From NCBI GenBank assembly GCA_964016885.1, contig OZ024755.1:2418001-2482000 (forward strand): a stretch of 64,000 bases of DNA, in the 5' to 3' direction. This document shows, piece by piece, positions 40,813-54,692 of the stretch. Position numbers and translations under genes: made by a program. The notes beneath the pieces are model-generated. The model worked only from the letters and a program-made list of their open reading frames with translations. It was not told where the DNA came from and searched no databases. Numbering within the stretch: position 1 is the stretch's first letter; every line of letters begins with the position of its first letter. Origin of the DNA: Eledone cirrhosa (lineage: Eukaryota).

Positions 40813-41479
40813 ATACTCAAGTAACCCATTTGATTAGTAGCCCCCTTCCCCCAGCAATATTGTCACATACAGTCATTGTGAAATTTGTTTTGGTTTTTCT
40901 TTCATATTCTAAATTCAAATCCGACCGATGTCAATCTTGCTTTTCAGTTTTCTGAAGTCGATAAAATAAAGTACCAGTGAAATACTGGTTTGATTTAATC
41001 AATCTTGCCCTCACCGCAAATATACTGGCCTTGTACCTAAATCAGAAATCATTATAGGCGCATACTTGCCGCTCAACTCATACATACATACATACACAGA
41101 CATACACACACATATACCCACGAACACACACACATACACATACATACATACACATATACACACGAACACACACACATACGCAGACATACACACACATATA
41201 CACAAGAACACACACACATACATACACATACAATTAATTGGATCCAACCAAGAGTTACGGCCCGTTATGTTCAGAGTTCAAATCCCGCCGAGGTTAACTT
41301 TGCCTTTCATCCTTGCGGGGTGGATAAAATAAAGTACCAGTAATGCACTGATGTCAATTTAATCGACTTTTCCCTTCAAATCGATGGTCATGTGTAGAAG
41401 CAATTATTATAACGTTGGTGAACTCTGCTTCTTAATCTGTATTGTTTGCACCGTTATAATTTCTCTTTGCAAATTCCCA

Positions 41480-41700
41480 TTTATCGGAAGAGATAAGCTC
41501 GAGGAGTATGACACTTGCAGGTCACTGTGTTCATCACCACGAGGAGATAGCAAATGATCTTGTTCTGTGGGAACAAACAGATTGATATGCAAACAGGGTG
41601 AGAAGGAAAATAAATTACTTTAATAACCTGCTGGAAGATATCGGATTGAATAGTGTAGGACAGCTCAGAACATTGATTATGGATAGAACTTTACAGGGCA
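41480..41700 (+). pseudogene. RTE-X-like LINE ORF2 C-terminal relic
   Basis: RSMTLAGHCVHHHEEIANDLVLWEQTD*YANRVRRKINYFNNLLEDIGLNSVGQLRTLIMDR. Confidence 0.65.
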
Positions 41701-44126
41701 TGTGTAAAGATAGATAGTTGATTTGACTGTCAGCATAGTTAGAAAGAAAGTTTATAGGACTGTTTTTAAAATGTAGAATTATAATGGTTTCTACATCAGT
41801 ATTTGACTGGTATTACAATTTTGTTAGCCTAGAAAGGATTTGAACTCAGAACGTGAAGAGCCAAAACGAAATACTGCAAAGCATTTCATCCGACGTGCTA
41901 ACAATTCTGCCAATATTCCGCCCTTTGATTTTTTTTTAATTTGGCACAAGGCCAGCAGTTTTAGAGGAATGGAAAGTCGGATATATGTACCCCAGCACTA
42001 TACTGGTACTTTATTTTATCAACCTCGAAAGCATGAAAAGCAAAATTGACCTCAGCATGTAGATAGCTGTAACGAAAATCTGCTAAGCATTTGTCCGATA
42101 CTCTAACGACTCTGCCAACCAGCCAGGCTAAAGTCTGAAGCTATTATGAATGAATATGTAACATATCAGCTTGTCATTTGACAGCGTAGGTACTCTATAG
42201 TGTTCTTAAAAGTTACATTGATCTTGTCAATTGTACTTTCAAGGTAGTGTAGTTAATAGCAAGGTTAGGGATGGTACTGGGGTACTAAAAATATGATTGA
42301 CACTTGGTATCAAAGCTATAGGTGAGATGGTAGGGTTAATATCATGGCTGTTGTTTTTACTTGTGTCATAAAAATCAGGAGTGACACTTTGATACCAAAG
42401 GTTCGGTTTACACTATCAGCACCCAAGGTAGGTGTTATATTATTGATATCAAGAAGGTATCATAATTTATACTGTGGTGTCTATGCTACAGTACCATTGA
42501 TACAGAATTTATACCATCTTCCCAGACGAAACTTACTACAAACTCAACATTGGATACTGTTGGTAACAAGTTTAGCTTGTTGAAGCAGTGGAGGCAATAT
42601 GCCGAATTATTAAGAAGCTCGCTTCGCAATCATTAAGTACCCTGCTCGATTTTACTTCTTGGTATCTTACGGAAGTGCCACTTACCATAGCGATGGGACG
42701 ACCCACGTCTAGTGAGTGAAATTGGGTAGACAATAATTGTTGGAAAACCGTCTGCAATTCAATTCAAAGGGTCAGCTTTGTCACACACCGTGTCACCGAG
42801 AAATACGGTAATGATACACGTGTCTGTGTAATGTTCAAACATCTATACGTTAATTTCATGGATAGGCTGTTCCGTTGATCTAACAACTGAAACACTGATC
42901 ATCGAAGCAGAAGGAGGTCCATTCGAGTGTTGAAATTGTTGGTAGCTCAGACTGATTTAGACTCTGAAGTACGTGGTGGGTAAGACTCTGAACTCTACTG
43001 AATTGTGATCTAGGTAAAGCATTGAACATATCATGTTCTAATTTAATCTAGTAACGGAGCAAATTAGAAAAGGGATAGAATAGCTTGATGGAAGGAAACC
43101 AGATTATCCATTTTTCATCCTTACGGGGTCGATAAAATAAAGTACCAGTAATACACTGGCTGTTTGCTGGCCTTGTGCCAAAAGTAGAAACAGTTAATTA
43201 TGGTTGTTATTGCCTTAGCTGGTGTTTTTGTTCTAAATGCTGTTGTAGACCTGTTGATCAGTTCTGCTTGAGTCGTAAGAAACTCTCGGGAGAGCTGGAC
43301 AACAGAAGGTCTTCAGAGACGAAACCCCATTCAAGCAAGTGTTTCGGGTCTTAAATTCTATAGCAAAAAATAAGCAATTAGTTTTTTAGTTTTTCTTCGC
43401 TGTAATTGTTACATCGTTGTCGTGGGATATGTTAACTTGAGAATTAATATGATAATGTTCAAATTACATTTACCAAAAACTGGACTAACAGAAAAAACAA
43501 CAACTTGCAAAACCCTTTTTTTTAAAAATAATTTCAAGATTAAATCAATTGGTCACAACATCTGTAGCATTTATTTGCATTACATTGACATAGAACCAAA
43601 TTAAGAAAAAGCAAGGTCAATGCTATCGTAATTTGAATTTAGAAATAAATTACAATAAATTAGATAAGGTAAAGCTTCTATTCTGCAAACCCAGTCTTTT
43701 ACTAACGTTTTACCGATATTGATAATGAGTATTTCTCTAAAATCTCACGTATTTTTAGTACCATTTTATCCAAGGCTCTACCAATTTTGACAATCCACCA
43801 TCTTACAAGTGGTAATAATATTAGTATTCAAGTAATACAAGCTAACATAAGGTAACATAACGTGATTTAACGTGAATCCGACAAGCAAGGAGGAAAAGAA
43901 CTAAATATCATACATATTATATTTCGGTTTTCTAGATATTAAATTAAAATAAGATTAACTTTCATCCTTCTAGGTTTAGTAAAACTAAGTAATGCCCACT
44001 TCCATCGATTGTGCCCGTCCATTTCATAAACTAGTCCACTGTCTAAGTGAAAAATCTATCTAATGCGACACCACTGTTTACAATGCCTTGGGCCATCACA
44101 TAGCATATAACAGTTAAGTGGAGTAA

Positions 44127-44177
44127 GCTATTTCTAGGACTAGAACTGTTTCATTCGGGAGAAATCATCAGGAAAGC
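44127..44177 (-). ncRNA. Hammerhead motif with damaged stem III
   Basis: Minus strand GCTTTC-CTGATGA-T-TTC-TCCC-GAA-T-GAAA-CAGTTCTAGTCC-TA-GAAATAGC. Confidence 0.55.
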
Positions 44178-44217
44178 TGTGGTTACCCCCGACTGAACCC
44201 GGGATAAACATATAAAC

Positions 44218-44550
44218 AAATCCCGCCGAGATTAACTTTGCCTTTCATCCTTCCAGGGTCAATAAAATCAAGTACCAGTAACGCACTGGGGTCGATTTAA
44301 TCGACTATCCCCTTGCCCCAAAATTATTTGGGCTTGTGCCTAAATCAGAAAGCATCGGTGAATTGGCAGTATCGGTAGAGCGTCGTACAGTATGTTTTAT
44401 GGCCTCTACGTTCTGAGTTCGAATCCCGAACATTGCCCTTCATCCTTATTGTGTCAATAAAATGAAGTACCAGTAACGCACTGGTGTTGAAGGAATTGAC
44501 TTTCCCCTCCCCAAAAATTTGTTGGTCTTGTGCCTAAATCAGAAATAATT
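44218..44550 (+). mobile_element. Two tandem SINE family A copies
   Basis: Core and tail occur twice. Confidence 0.8.
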
Positions 44551-44598
44551 ATTTATTCTTTCTTTTTGTCTTTTTTGTTTTTTCCTTTTGCTGTTTAG

Positions 44599-44865
44599 GT
44601 GTTGTTCATAGCAAAGCAACTAACATGTGTCGAGGTAATAATCCCAAATGTGACAAAGGCAAAGCCATCAACATTGAGATCATTGCGTGTCCACTTCCTG
44701 CTGACGAACGTCTATGGATGAAAACAAAAAGCGAAATACGTGATCAGTGTTCAAATGAAAAAGAATGTGACATTAGCCTTATCGGACAATCTGTTGCGGC
44801 ATGCTGTGGATCAGAGGGTAGAATTAAGAAACCTCGCCTCAGATTTGTATACAGTTGTCCTCTCG
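44599..44865 (+). CDS. Host gene exon A: Cys-rich SUEL/galactose-binding-lectin-like domain
   Basis: Polypyrimidine tract TTTAG| and |GTAAGT; 267 nt, phase 1-1; MCRGNNPKC...IRDQCSNEKEC...CC...LRFVYSC. Confidence 0.8.
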
Positions 44866-45710
44866 GTAAGTATTTTCATGAATAATAATATATTTTATTT
44901 TAGTTTGTTACTGTTTCTCTTTCCTTTGTTTTTTTCTATGTTCTTCATCTGATATTGCGTCCTAAATGAGACATTGTCATTGTTTCAAAGGAAAATACAT
45001 TATACAATCCAAGCAATGACTGTCTCTCTGATTATGAACGACTGGCTCCAGAATGCTAGGAACTTAGACTTAAACAGAGCTTGCTTCATATTACTATTGG
45101 CTTCCGCATGTCTTGGCAACCTACCACTTTTAATCCAGCAAAACAATCAACGATACCCATAGTTATCTATCCATGCACTGCACTTACTACTTACAGAATC
45201 ACATATTTGAGTACTTAAACAAATAGCAATGGGAACACGAAATATTTCGTGCTGATGATGAGTTAAAACAATCAATCCGGACCTCCAATCTGACTCACAG
45301 TAATCGACTGTTGTTGTATTTGTTGAGCTCTACAACAAATAAATCAGTAGCCACTTCTCAAAAATATTATTCTATGATCTCTGACACTCCTTCAGTTCAC
45401 GAACAGACCTTTGTATAAATACTCTCTCAGCACATCTTGATATAATGTCTCACCTGTTGTGGAATACATCAGTTGGTTAATTAGTGCACAAGAGGCATAG
45501 AAGGACGTCAGAAACAGAGCAGGGAAAAATTAAGCCTAACTTATTGGTAAACGGATCTGTGTTTAAGCTGATCGCCGTTGGTAAGGACATGAACGTCACA
45601 ACTTACCATTTTGACATCTTTTCTTTAAATTCAGAACATTTATATTTATCATTATCACCACCCCCACCTAAAAAAAAACAACTAATTTTGTTACAAATTA
45701 ATTTTCGTAG

Positions 45711-45872
45711 TTGAAATAGCACCAAACACAACAACGGCACCAACGAGACCAAGTCTTTCTAAATCTACGAGAGGACCTACGACTCCAATTAAGCATATTT
45801 CTGTTACTACACCCAAACTTAATTCCAGTGGTGATAATATGGTCCCTTCATATAAAGGCTTCCCACAATCTG
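45711..45872 (+). CDS. Host gene exon B: Thr/Pro/Ser-rich linker
   Basis: TTTTCGTAG| and |GTAAGT; 162 nt, open, phase 1-1; EIAPNTTTAPTRPSLSKSTRGPTTP... Confidence 0.8.
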
Positions 45873-48570
45873 GTAAGTACATCTTTCAACACTTATAGAG
45901 ATTATACCACGTCCTTTAGTGATACCAAGCAACATTAATGTTTCCAAGGAACTTCCGGGTTGTTTGGGCCCACACTGTATTACATTGTTTCTTTTCGTCA
46001 TCCATGTATCAATGCAACAGGTTAGATGAAGCTGTAACCACTTCAACACTCAAACAGATATTTTTGGCAACTCCCTGCTGAAGATTTGTCCTTTGCTCTT
46101 AACGTTAGCCTTTCTCCCAAATGAAGCATTTTATTCCTCTCATTCCAGTTCATGTAAGGCCGCTCTAAAAACCTTTCTAAGTCGAAAATCAGCCAGGCAA
46201 GACACAGTGGCTGTAGCTAAAAACCTACGACATCCCACCTCTACTGAATACACCATACACTACCCTCCTCATGTTTCACACAATTTATATTTAAGAGTCT
46301 TTTTTGTAGCTACCCACTTCATATTCTTCCCCACCTCCCAGGAGCCGTTAACTCGACAATCAGAATGTTTTGTCAAGTCAAAGCATTCCATAAGTTCAAG
46401 GTGTTTCATCATTATATCAACAGGCTTGTGAAAATATACATTTTCTTCAAATCTACCAGTACCTACTCTTAGAGTAATTTCAGTTCTCGTATTTTCTCCA
46501 ACCTACTTTGAATTATTTACTGTTTTTATCTTTATGTACCCATCTATGCGAAATTTCTTTATTGGTATCATTTATTCTTATTTGTTACCTATGAACTATT
46601 CGGCTGAAAATTTCATAGGCTGAACAAGATATTCTCATGGAATGACCAAATGATGTAGTTCCTGGAAAGAAACAATGCAGTTATTAAGAAGAGTTGAAAT
46701 TAATGCATGCAAGATTTCATAGCACTAGTATCACTCCTTCATAGTCAGTCTACCTTCGTAGAATGATTAGTATAATCATTGAATATTGGTTTGAGGCTGG
46801 AGGGTTAAAATGGTTTATTATCTTCTTGGTGACTCAGTGAACACCTGATGTCCGTGAATTCAATCCCTAGCTTAGTGTATCTGGATTTATTCTAGTTTAA
46901 GCAGAACGAGCATGTGACATTATATTTAACTAATTACTAAAACGAAAGAAAGGGTAAGAGAGATATATAATATAGAATATTTGATGTGTGTGTGATTGTG
47001 TATATGTGTGTGTGGAGCAAACGTTCATGTGAAAGTATATAAGTGCCTGTTTTTTTCTCGGGCGTTCTCACAAAATATGACTTCACACGCTATGAAATGA
47101 TGATGTATATCACAGAATCGCTAACATTTGTACCTTGAGATAGCAACAATTTTTTTTTCAGTACCATATAAGGCTATATATGTTGTTTAAATATAGCATA
47201 TATATATCGCTTGCTCATACAGTATTCTAAAATGCAGGGCTTGAAAAGTGGCCGGATGTACTAACAGGCAGAGTATAACCAACGAAAGCAAACTAATTAG
47301 CGGATGGACAGAAGTAGGCAAGTACTTTGGTTCTTGGAATCAATAAATGGCCACAGGATATACTAATTGCAGATGTTTTTCTCGTAGTCTGTATGACTTT
47401 AATCAGAGTCGTCTGTAAAGTGTATGTATCCGTTTGCCTTTCTGATACATTCAGAAAAAGTTAAAATAGGGGGCTGACCTAAAATATCAGTAAATAAATA
47501 AGGCTATTTTTAGAATATTTCTTATACCCAGTTCCGATTGAATTAGTGAAAATAGGTTGTGTGAAACCTGTCTTTATGTTTGACAAAATATGCTAAACAT
47601 TTGATATAATACGGCTGTCACTCGTAATCGAGTAAGACTTAGTATCAGCATGCAGCATGCCTTTCACTAAATATTTTTCAGGTGCCTGTGCAGCTGCGAG
47701 CAGTCACGAACACTGTCTTGACACTCACACTTTACTCAACGGAACATCAAAGACGTAACAACTGAAGAGAGAGGGTTGTAACCCACCACTTTACTCAAGT
47801 ACTTTATTTTACTGACCTCGGAAGTATTAATAGCAAAGTTGACTTCGGTGCAATTTGACCTTAGATCATAAAGTGCCAGAGCAAATACAGCAAATCATTC
47901 TTTCCAACGATCTAACGGTTCTGCCAGTTGTATGAAATATATCTCTTGCTCATGTTTGGCAGACACCCCAAATACATTTCATCTTGTAGACTTTTTCCAT
48001 TGAAATCAATTCAATTAGTTACAAATCTTTGATAAATATTGAACCATGGTATTTCGTGAAACAGCACAGGCCAAGATGCCAACGATTTCAAAGTCAGATT
48101 CATTCAGCATATGTACTCCTTCAACTGTAGGAATAAGAAATATCCACCACCCTGTTGGTTTTACTTGGAGGTCTGGTATCAGAGGGACAAAACCCCAATA
48201 TCACATAGGTCATCTGAGAGCGCACCACCTTATTCCCTAGAGCACACAATTGTCAACTTTGCACGCATTGCAGCAACCTGCAGTATCCATTAACGTGAAG
48301 ATTAACATAAAGTTTTGTTACCAATGGAGAAACGTTTTGTTAACCAATTACAAGGCATTCATGCCTGATATCGCAGAAAGACAATCTTGGTGACAATTAG
48401 TCTTTTCATTTTACATCCCAATTTCAAATTCCAACAAATTTAACTTTGCCTTTCACTCCCATCTCGTCACAGACAAACACTCCGAAACGTGATTGGATGC
48501 AAACGACCGTATTCCTCTATGGGAAATTTATGATCTTACGTTAATATGTAAAATCATTATGTATTATTCA

Positions 48571-48786
48571 AGGGCGGTGGGTTGGCAGTTTCCGTAGAGC
48601 GTCAGACAAGTTTCGTGGTATAGAGTTACGTCCCTTTGCTTCTGAGTTCAAATCCCGCTGAGGTTAGCTTTGACTTTCATCCTTATGGGGTCGATAAAAT
48701 AAAATACCAGCAACGCACTGGGGTCGACTTAATTGACTTCCCCACCCCCAAAATTGCTGGCCATGTGCCTAAATCAGAAACCAGTA
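48571..48786 (+). mobile_element. SINE family A, full length
   Basis: A-box, B-box, core and tail present. Confidence 0.85.
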
Positions 48787-49147
48787 ATATTGGGTGAGGG
48801 ATTAGCGGAGCCGTTATATAGTAGAAACTGGGTTAAATTGCTAAAGAAATGATCAGAGAGAAAGCAAAGTAAAAAAAAGCCACGAGTGATTGAAAGTTAC
48901 CTTAGCAATTTATTTCCCGAATCTTGCGGATTTACCATCCATTATAAAAAGGGTCCGAAGGGTGGAGCTTAGGAGTAAAACTGAAATTTTCTTTCCTCTT
49001 AGTGGCCGCTTATTTATTTATTTATTTATTTTTCTCTTTGAATAAAAAAGAAGTGAAAAACCTTTTTTTTTTTTTTCTTTTTTTAAATCGCTACATATTA
49101 TAGAGGTTACATTTAAATGTAATGCTAATTCTTATCTTGGTTTGTAG

Positions 49148-49372
49148 GATATTGTGAGGCAGATATCTGCTATGAGAAACCTTACTGTGCAATTGGGAGC
49201 AACATAGTGATTCTGAATTTTACAAACGATGGAGAACATAACTGGAAAATTATGGGTATGATAGGATATTACTGCAATAAGAGGCAGAACTGCGATTCTG
49301 ATTTCAATGGCTATTCACAAAGGATCTGCTTACCTGATACCAAAAATATAATTCACTATATTTGTATGAAAG
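49148..49372 (+). CDS. Host gene exon C: second SUEL-lectin-like Cys domain
   Basis: TTTGTAG| and |GTAAGT; 225 nt, phase 1-1; ICYEKPYC...IGYYCNKRQNC...IC...IIHYIC parallels exon A. Confidence 0.8.
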
Positions 49373-49957
49373 GTAAGTCGGATGTTGTAAATATGTCTGT
49401 AACTTTTAATTGTTGCAAAAAGGAATGTTCTTGGCATACTAGTTAGAAATAATTCTAATTAACATGTGGCTAAATTTCCTTCTTGTATATCTCTTGTTTT
49501 CTCCTTCACAATATATTTCCCACTCTCATTCACTTTGGCCTTTCTCTTCGCCCCCTCTCTCTTTCTTCTCCCCTATCATTCTTCTTCCCCTTTCTCTCTC
49601 TCCTCTCTTCCCTTCCCTCTCCTTCCTTCTCTTCTCTCTCTCCTTCCTTCTCCTCCCTCTCTCGCCTTCCTTCTCCTCCCTCTCTCGCCTTCCTTCTCCT
49701 CTCTCTCTCTTTCCTTCTCCCTCCCTCTTTCTCTCTCTCTCTCTCTTCTCGCCATGTTTGTTAATAATTGTTTCTACTTTTGGCACAAGGCCAGCAATTA
49801 CCCAGTGCATTACTGGTAATAATGTAATGTGTTAAGATTTTGATTCTAATATCTCCCAGAATGTTCCCGAATTATATAGAATGATAAAGGAAAAGGAATA
49901 AGTAGAAAACAATACATTAAATTGACTGCTTCATAATAGAAACATTTTCTTTTACAG

Positions 49958-50281
49958 AAAAATTAACATCTGACACTGACTGCAGGGGAACTCATACTGT
50001 GAGCGGGAATGAAGGTCATATTACCTCACTTAATTATCCCGATATGATTTCAGCAGAGTTAAATACATGCAGCTTCCAAATTGCTTTCAGTGAGGCAGTA
50101 CCAGTAGAAATTTTCCTGTTGGATGGTAAAAATATGCATATGACTATTACTAAGAAAGATGGGGACATTATGCATCAAAATCTTAGACAGTTCCACACCA
50201 TCGTGGATGAATTCTTCGTAATTATTTTTGAAGTAGACACTAACAATCTGAGAGAAAAACGATTTTGGATATATTACAGAA
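49958..50281 (+). CDS. Host gene exon D: CUB domain
   Basis: TTTTACAG| and |GTAAGT; 324 nt, phase 1-1; CRGTHTVSGNEGHITSLNYP...CSFQI...RFWIYY. Confidence 0.85.
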
Positions 50282-50351
50282 GTAAGTATATAGTATTTAG
50301 GAAATTATTTGTGTATTTCCTTGAAGATATATTTCTTCTTCTTCTTTAGAT

Positions 50352-50456
50352 ATATTATAAAGAGTCGGGACACCGACAGCTGATCTATTGCCGTTTCACC
50401 AGAGTCTGGAACTGGCCGTCGAGTTCAGCCGTCGAGGTCCCGACTTTTTATAATAT
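50352..50456. repeat. Short imperfect inverted repeat
   Basis: ATATTATAAAGAGTCGGGACACCGACAGCTGA pairs with TCAGCCGTCGAGGTCCCGACTTTTTATAATAT. Confidence 0.7.
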
Positions 50457-50537
50457 AATCATATTCTACAACCACAATTATCGAATACTATGGTGAGTAA
50501 GGGTCTAACCAGTTTCAAACTAAATCCATACTGATAT

Positions 50538-50644
<107 letters not shown>

Positions 50645-50960
50645 ACGTCTGTAGAAGCTAAGAAGAAATATGTGTGTATATGTAAGTAAAAAAGTGTATG
50701 TGTACTTGTAAGTACGAAGCTATGAGCAAAAGTATGTTAATATAAGTGTGTATGTGTGTATACAGAGCTGTGAAGGGAATAGTGTGTGAGGATAGATAAG
50801 CTTTTGCTTATGTATATCAAGAATGAATGCTTAAACAAGATAACTGCTTACCAGAGAGTTTGACTCGACGGTATACTTTGATTCGTATATCATAAATATC
50901 CAAGCAGGAGAATATGGCATATAGGTCCAGAAGAGATCACGGAGTATATCATATAAGCAA

Positions 50961-51015
50961 TGTAGTACCATGAAAAGTAGACTTCGACGAAGTCTATATT
51001 TTTCATGGTACTACA
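50961..51015. repeat. About 55-bp hairpin
   Basis: TGTAGTACCATGAAAA-G-TAGACTTCG-A-CGAAGTCTA-TA-TTTTCATGGTACTACA. Confidence 0.8.
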
Positions 51016-51105
51016 CTTACTTATATATATATGGGAGCGGTATACATGCACACGTACACAATATATCAATATATGCTCATATTTATTTCTTCATTTCAAT
51101 TGCAG

Positions 51106-51219
51106 TACTACCTACTGATAACTTCCACAGCAAACCTGCTCTACCTTGGCTTGACAGATGTCCTGAGACTATTGATAAGCAAACAACAACTCAATTTACA
51201 ACAACAGAAATATCAAAAG
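51106..51219 (+). CDS. Host gene exon E: Thr-rich linker
   Basis: TTGCAG| and |GTTAG; 114 nt, phase 1-1; LPTDNFHSKPALPWLDRCPETIDKQTTTQFTTTEISK. Confidence 0.7.
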
Positions 51220-51446
51220 GTTAGCGAAACTGCTGTTTCAGCTAGATTTATGACACTAGATTCTAGATTGCTAGAATGGATCTCCGTCATTTTCGGCGAT
51301 GGATGTCTAGTGTCCCAGCTGTTCGATCAACGGAAACAACTACATACTCATAAAACTTACGAGGTAGTAACTAAGCATTCCACTGACACGTGTATTGAAG
51401 GGGATTTTGGATTAGAGATACAGTCCATCTGACTGGTTTTCGAACA

Positions 51447-51562
51447 GGCGCGTGGCTTAGTGGTTAGAGAGTTGGATTCGCAATCGTGAGGTTGTGAGTT
51501 CAATTCTCGGACCGGGTGATGCGTTGTGTCCTTGAGCAAGACACTTTATTTTACGTTGCTCC
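51447..51562 (+). mobile_element. SINE family B head
   Basis: GGCGCGTGGCTTAGTGGTTAG (A-box), GAGTTCAATTC (B-box), TTGTGTCCTTGAGCAAGACACTT core. Confidence 0.8.
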
Positions 51563-52042
51563 TTCTGCAACAAAATCTTCACAGAATACATCTCAAATCG
51601 TGATACTAAATATTACATACTGAATAATTTTAAATAAGCTCAAATTTATGAAATAATTCAAATATGTATATTATGTAAATAACAACATTATCGTGTGCAC
51701 GTTGATGGGGTTATTTAAACATAAGTCAGTCATGCTAAAGCTCGCCTACGGCCAAAGTTGAGAACTTGATTTTTTTTTTTTTTCAGACTTGTCTTTCATT
51801 TTTAAGATAGTATCATAGAATATAACTTAGATTCGGTCTCTATTTCTAGCCCTTTGGACAACCTTGGAAAGGTTGTCTTTTTGTTCCATTCTTACACATC
51901 CTTCGTTACTATGTAAAGGAGAAAAGTGTGTTAGGAAGAATTCGGTGTTGTTTCTATGACTCTCGTACAAACAACCTCGCTTGCGTTCCCCTGCCGATAG
52001 CCTGCATTACATTAGAAATGTTACATTATAGCCTTATTATTT

Positions 52043-52133
52043 AATATGCAGTCTGATGAAGTCGTGGTATTGGTTGCGTGATGACAGCATTAAATAACCA
52101 TTTTCGACGGAAATACATATATTAGGGCAGATT
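52043..52133 (+). ncRNA. Degenerate type I hammerhead, long stem II
   Basis: AATATGCAGT-CTGATGA-AGTCG...CGACG-GAAA-TACATATA-TT-AGGGCAGATT; stem I has 7 of 10 pairs. Confidence 0.5.
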
Positions 52134-52336
52134 AAAGAATAAAATCAATCATGAATATTTACATCTGACCTTCACAATTATCCTCATTGTATGTATATAC
52201 CGTCAAGAAGTACCAAATCGCATTTTGGAATGATACACATGACGTTGTGTGCTTGAACCTAATCGTTGTTACATCATCGTTTACTTATTATAGTGTTGCA
52301 TATACAACATTGATTAGTTATTATCTTATGAAACAA

Positions 52337-52883
<547 letters not shown>

Positions 52884-53128
52884 TAAAAAGGAAAAGAAAA
52901 TGGTGACAAATTTTTCCCAGTGAAAAATAGTTTAATTAGTAATAAGTATAAATTAGTAATAAGTATTGGTTAGTATTTAGTTTAAAGTTTTTACCGGTTG
53001 CGCATTTCTAATGCTTTTCAAAAATAATTTTGAGATAGAGCGCTCATGATGTTTGCTCTAATCCTAAAATGATGTAATTTCATATTTGCTATATGTAATA
53101 TAATATATATATATAATATATATATATA

Positions 53129-53190
<62 letters not shown>

Positions 53191-53197
<7 letters not shown>

Positions 53198-53532
53198 GTG
53201 AGGTTTTTTTTACAAATTGAAAAATAACCGAGGTGTCCTACACGAGTGAAAGTATAAAGAAAAAGAGATGAAATCGAAAATGCAACTGGAGTCTTATTTT
53301 TTTTTTTTTTAAATATATATATTTATTTGGTTCCTTTACCGGTTTCGCAGTTCTTCTGCTTTTCAAAAGTAGAGTTGAGATGGAGGGTCTGTGGTTTTTC
53401 TCACATCTATACTTTTGAAAAGCAGAAGAACTGCGAAACCGGTAAAGGAACCAAATAAATATATATATTTAAAAAAAAAAAAAATTAAAAAAAAATAAGA
53501 CTCCAGTTGCATTTTCGATTTCATCTCTTTTT

Positions 53533-53539
<7 letters not shown>
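53191..53539 (-). mobile_element. Inverted-repeat element with a U3:A8 HHR in each arm, within (TA)n
   Basis: 53253-53370 is the reverse complement of 53410-53539 apart from poly-A/T length; unpaired tail at 53191-53252. Confidence 0.85.
53410..53449 (+). ncRNA. Minimal hammerhead, U3:A8 variant (mirror at about 53332-53370 on -)
   Basis: TACTT-TTGAAAA-GCAG-AAGAA-CTGC-GAAA-CCGG-TA-AAGGA; palindrome ACCGGT, GUA site. Confidence 0.75.
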
Positions 53540-53587
<48 letters not shown>

Positions 53588-53650
53588 GTTCCAACCGTTA
53601 AGGTTGTCTTTTTTCCGGGTATGTCAATATTTATTTATAAAACAAATCTG

Positions 53651-53716
53651 TATTTTATCTGATGAAAGCGCACCATAATTTGCCTTGGTTGCCCTTGAAA
53701 TATATATAATAAAATA
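53651..53716 (+). ncRNA. Type I hammerhead ribozyme, canonical core
   Basis: TATTTTAT-CTGATGA-AAGCGCACCA...TGGTTGCCCTT-GAAA-TATATA-TA-ATAAAATA; perfect 8-bp stem I. Confidence 0.8.
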
Positions 53717-53943
53717 AATATGGTTTTATAAATATAGTTACCATTTATTAATATATTGTATATATATATATATTATATATGTTATATTATATTATATTAT
53801 ATTATATTATATTATATTATATTACATATAGCAAATATGAAATTACATCATTTTATTCTATATGTGATATCACCGTGTCACTATTTACCTATACATTAAT
53901 TCTCGGTTTATACTCAAATTATATATTTCCGATATGATTTTAG

Positions 53944-54183
53944 ATGACCCGTCCTCACCTAGGCCTGAAATATCTTCTAAAATCCTTGAGGTGATTGACT
54001 CTACTGCAAGAACGAAACCTGCTCAGAATCCAGTTCATACAGGGAGCGAAGAGAACGAGACAGATTCCGCTGATAAAATGGATGAAAAAATCGTCAGCAC
54101 AAAGGCTAGTCATTATGAAGTTATAACTAAAAAAGTTCATGAAAAGGATAGTATGGATGGTGACAAAGAGAAAGACGTAACAA
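53944..54183 (+). CDS. Host gene exon F: charged low-complexity region
   Basis: TTTTAG| and |GTGAGT; 240 nt, open, phase 1-1; DDPSSPRPEISSKILEVIDSTARTKP...KEKDVT. Confidence 0.75.
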
Positions 54184-54542
54184 GTGAGTACCTACGTGTC
54201 AGTTATTTGTTGGTGTTGGTCTGTTTGTCATGAGATGTCATATTATTTTGGACTTTTAATATAGCGTGAGAGATTAGAGATTGTGTGTTTATATCCTTCC
54301 AATTAAACTGCACTGAGTCTATCACCAAGTTTTTTAATTTTCAAATAACCTAAAACACTATGCTAAAAATCAAAACTTACTACCAATGCTCTTAGGAATA
54401 GAAACGCGGTAAAAAATGAGATATTTGTTTAACATCCAGCGTTGAATGCAATTAGATTCTCAACCTAAAAACCTCCCGTTCTTACACACACACACACACA
54501 CATACATACATACATGCATGCATACATACATACATACATACA

Positions 54543-54573
<31 letters not shown>

Positions 54574-54692
54574 GTATATGTATGTATATGTATATATATA
54601 TGTATATATACGTATATATATATGTATATATATATGTATATATACATATATATATATGTATATATATATGTATATATACGTATATATATATG

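Noticed and set aside
45900-46440. Possible decayed retroelement coding sequence on the minus strand (also about 47980-48330)
   Set aside because: Only vague motif resemblance; it needs BLASTX.
47682-47758. Candidate extra exon after TTTTTCAG (GACAAASSHEHC...)
   Set aside because: No phase-compatible donor site; it runs into a stop. It cannot be supported without RNA data.
51447-51520. Possible tRNA gene
   Set aside because: The A and B boxes run straight into a SINE core and no full cloverleaf is evident.
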